Assembly: GCA_022605425.2 (NCBI GenBank)
Contig: JAKIMF020000011.1
Span: 310,001-374,000, forward strand
Source: Hamiltosporidium tvaerminnensis FI-OER-3-3
Lineage: Eukaryota > Fungi > Microsporidia
Length of the DNA: 64,000 bases
Direction of reading: 5' to 3'
Position 1 is the stretch's first letter. Every line of letters begins with the position of its first letter. Positions 63,440 to 64,000 of this stretch are shown one piece after another. The notes under the pieces were generated by a model. It ran no database searches. It was not told the origin of the DNA and saw only the letters and a list, made by a program, of their open reading frames with translations. A program made the position numbers and the translations under genes.

Positions 63440-64000
63440 TTGTTCCATGGGAGTTTGTATGAGGAGGAGAGGTCTAAGAAATGGAGAAACTTTTTCTACA
63501 AATTTATTTGTAGTTTTTTATGCAACCAGATTGCAGACCGCAGCTGAACATGTAGGTAATTGCCATGTAAAAGCATGGAAACCTAGCCTTGCTCACTCGG
63601 GTTAGAAGACTTAGCGCCTGGGATATATAAAAATAAAAACCATTAAAAGCCGGGAAAGCTAAGTAGCAGGTTATACCTGTTGGTATGACATTGCACTGTC
63701 TAGGTGACCCCATGTAAATCTCTGAAATATATCTTAGCTAGAAGTTTACTGGGTTCAGAAAGTGTAGAGTAAGTGGGAATGCTGCAAAGTCTTGGGGGAG
63801 CCCAGGGGGGGCTTCGGCCTTCGATCACACTCCATGCAACGGACATTAACGAACTCCGGGCAACTGCCTCGCCTATTAATTAGGTTCTACACACCTGGTA
63901 GATGAAAGGCTTTGGGACGTAGGTATCGCAGGGGTTACCGATGGAGTGTTGGGGTAGCAGTTATTTATGTTAAACCTAGAACTGCGTTAATGTCATGAAA
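63440..64000 (-). repeat. Dispersed repeat, long form, copy L-D (inverted, lacks terminal module, cut by window end)
   Basis: Reverse complement aligns to 61130-61687 with long identical blocks (TTCATGACATTAACGCAGTTCTAGGTTTAACATAAATAAC; GTTGCCCGGAGTTCGTTAATGTCCGTTGCATG; CTAACCCGAGTGAGCAAGGCTAGG). Confidence 0.92.

Noticed and set aside
63504-63713. ORFs inside the long repeat (63504-63713, 63344-63547) as genes
   Set aside because: The frames are broken by stops or indels in copies L-A, L-B and L-C, and 63344-63547 runs across a TIR junction.
1-64000. tRNA, rRNA and hammerhead ribozyme genes
   Set aside because: The GTTCGA/TCGAAC and CTGATGA hits I checked lacked cloverleaf or hammerhead context. 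A tRNAscan-SE/Infernal run would be needed to exclude them fully.

Overview
Very AT-rich, gene-poor eukaryotic DNA, most consistent with a large-genome microsporidian. A Hamiltosporidium-like organism is my inference, based on compact intronless housekeeping genes with CCC-like motifs just upstream of the ATG, a ricin-B-like secreted protein and an expanded family of N-terminally hydrophobic LRR-type proteins. Only about 7 intact ORFs are credible: a ROK1-like DEAD-box helicase, an NAD kinase, a ricin-B-like protein, a 787-aa LRR-type family protein and three small hypotheticals. The rest is largely decayed mobile DNA, much of it invisible in the ORF track. It includes four copies of a non-LTR retrotransposon with RT, CCHC and restriction-like endonuclease (two near full length sharing a near-identical tract with the same lesions, two old 3' fragments). 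It also includes an H2C2/rve integrase relic, a Buster-type hAT relic, an RTE-derived SINE-like element with a possible HDV-like ribozyme remnant, and a Tc1-type (DD34E-like) element with a 20/21-bp subterminal array. An unclassified repeat family (four ~200-bp and four ~600-700-bp copies sharing one ~115-bp terminal module) clusters at ~2.5-kb spacing, and an inverted pair of copies brackets the Tc1 element. No rRNA, tRNA or CRISPR array was recognised. All alignments and identities were judged by eye, and boundaries of degenerate features are approximate.
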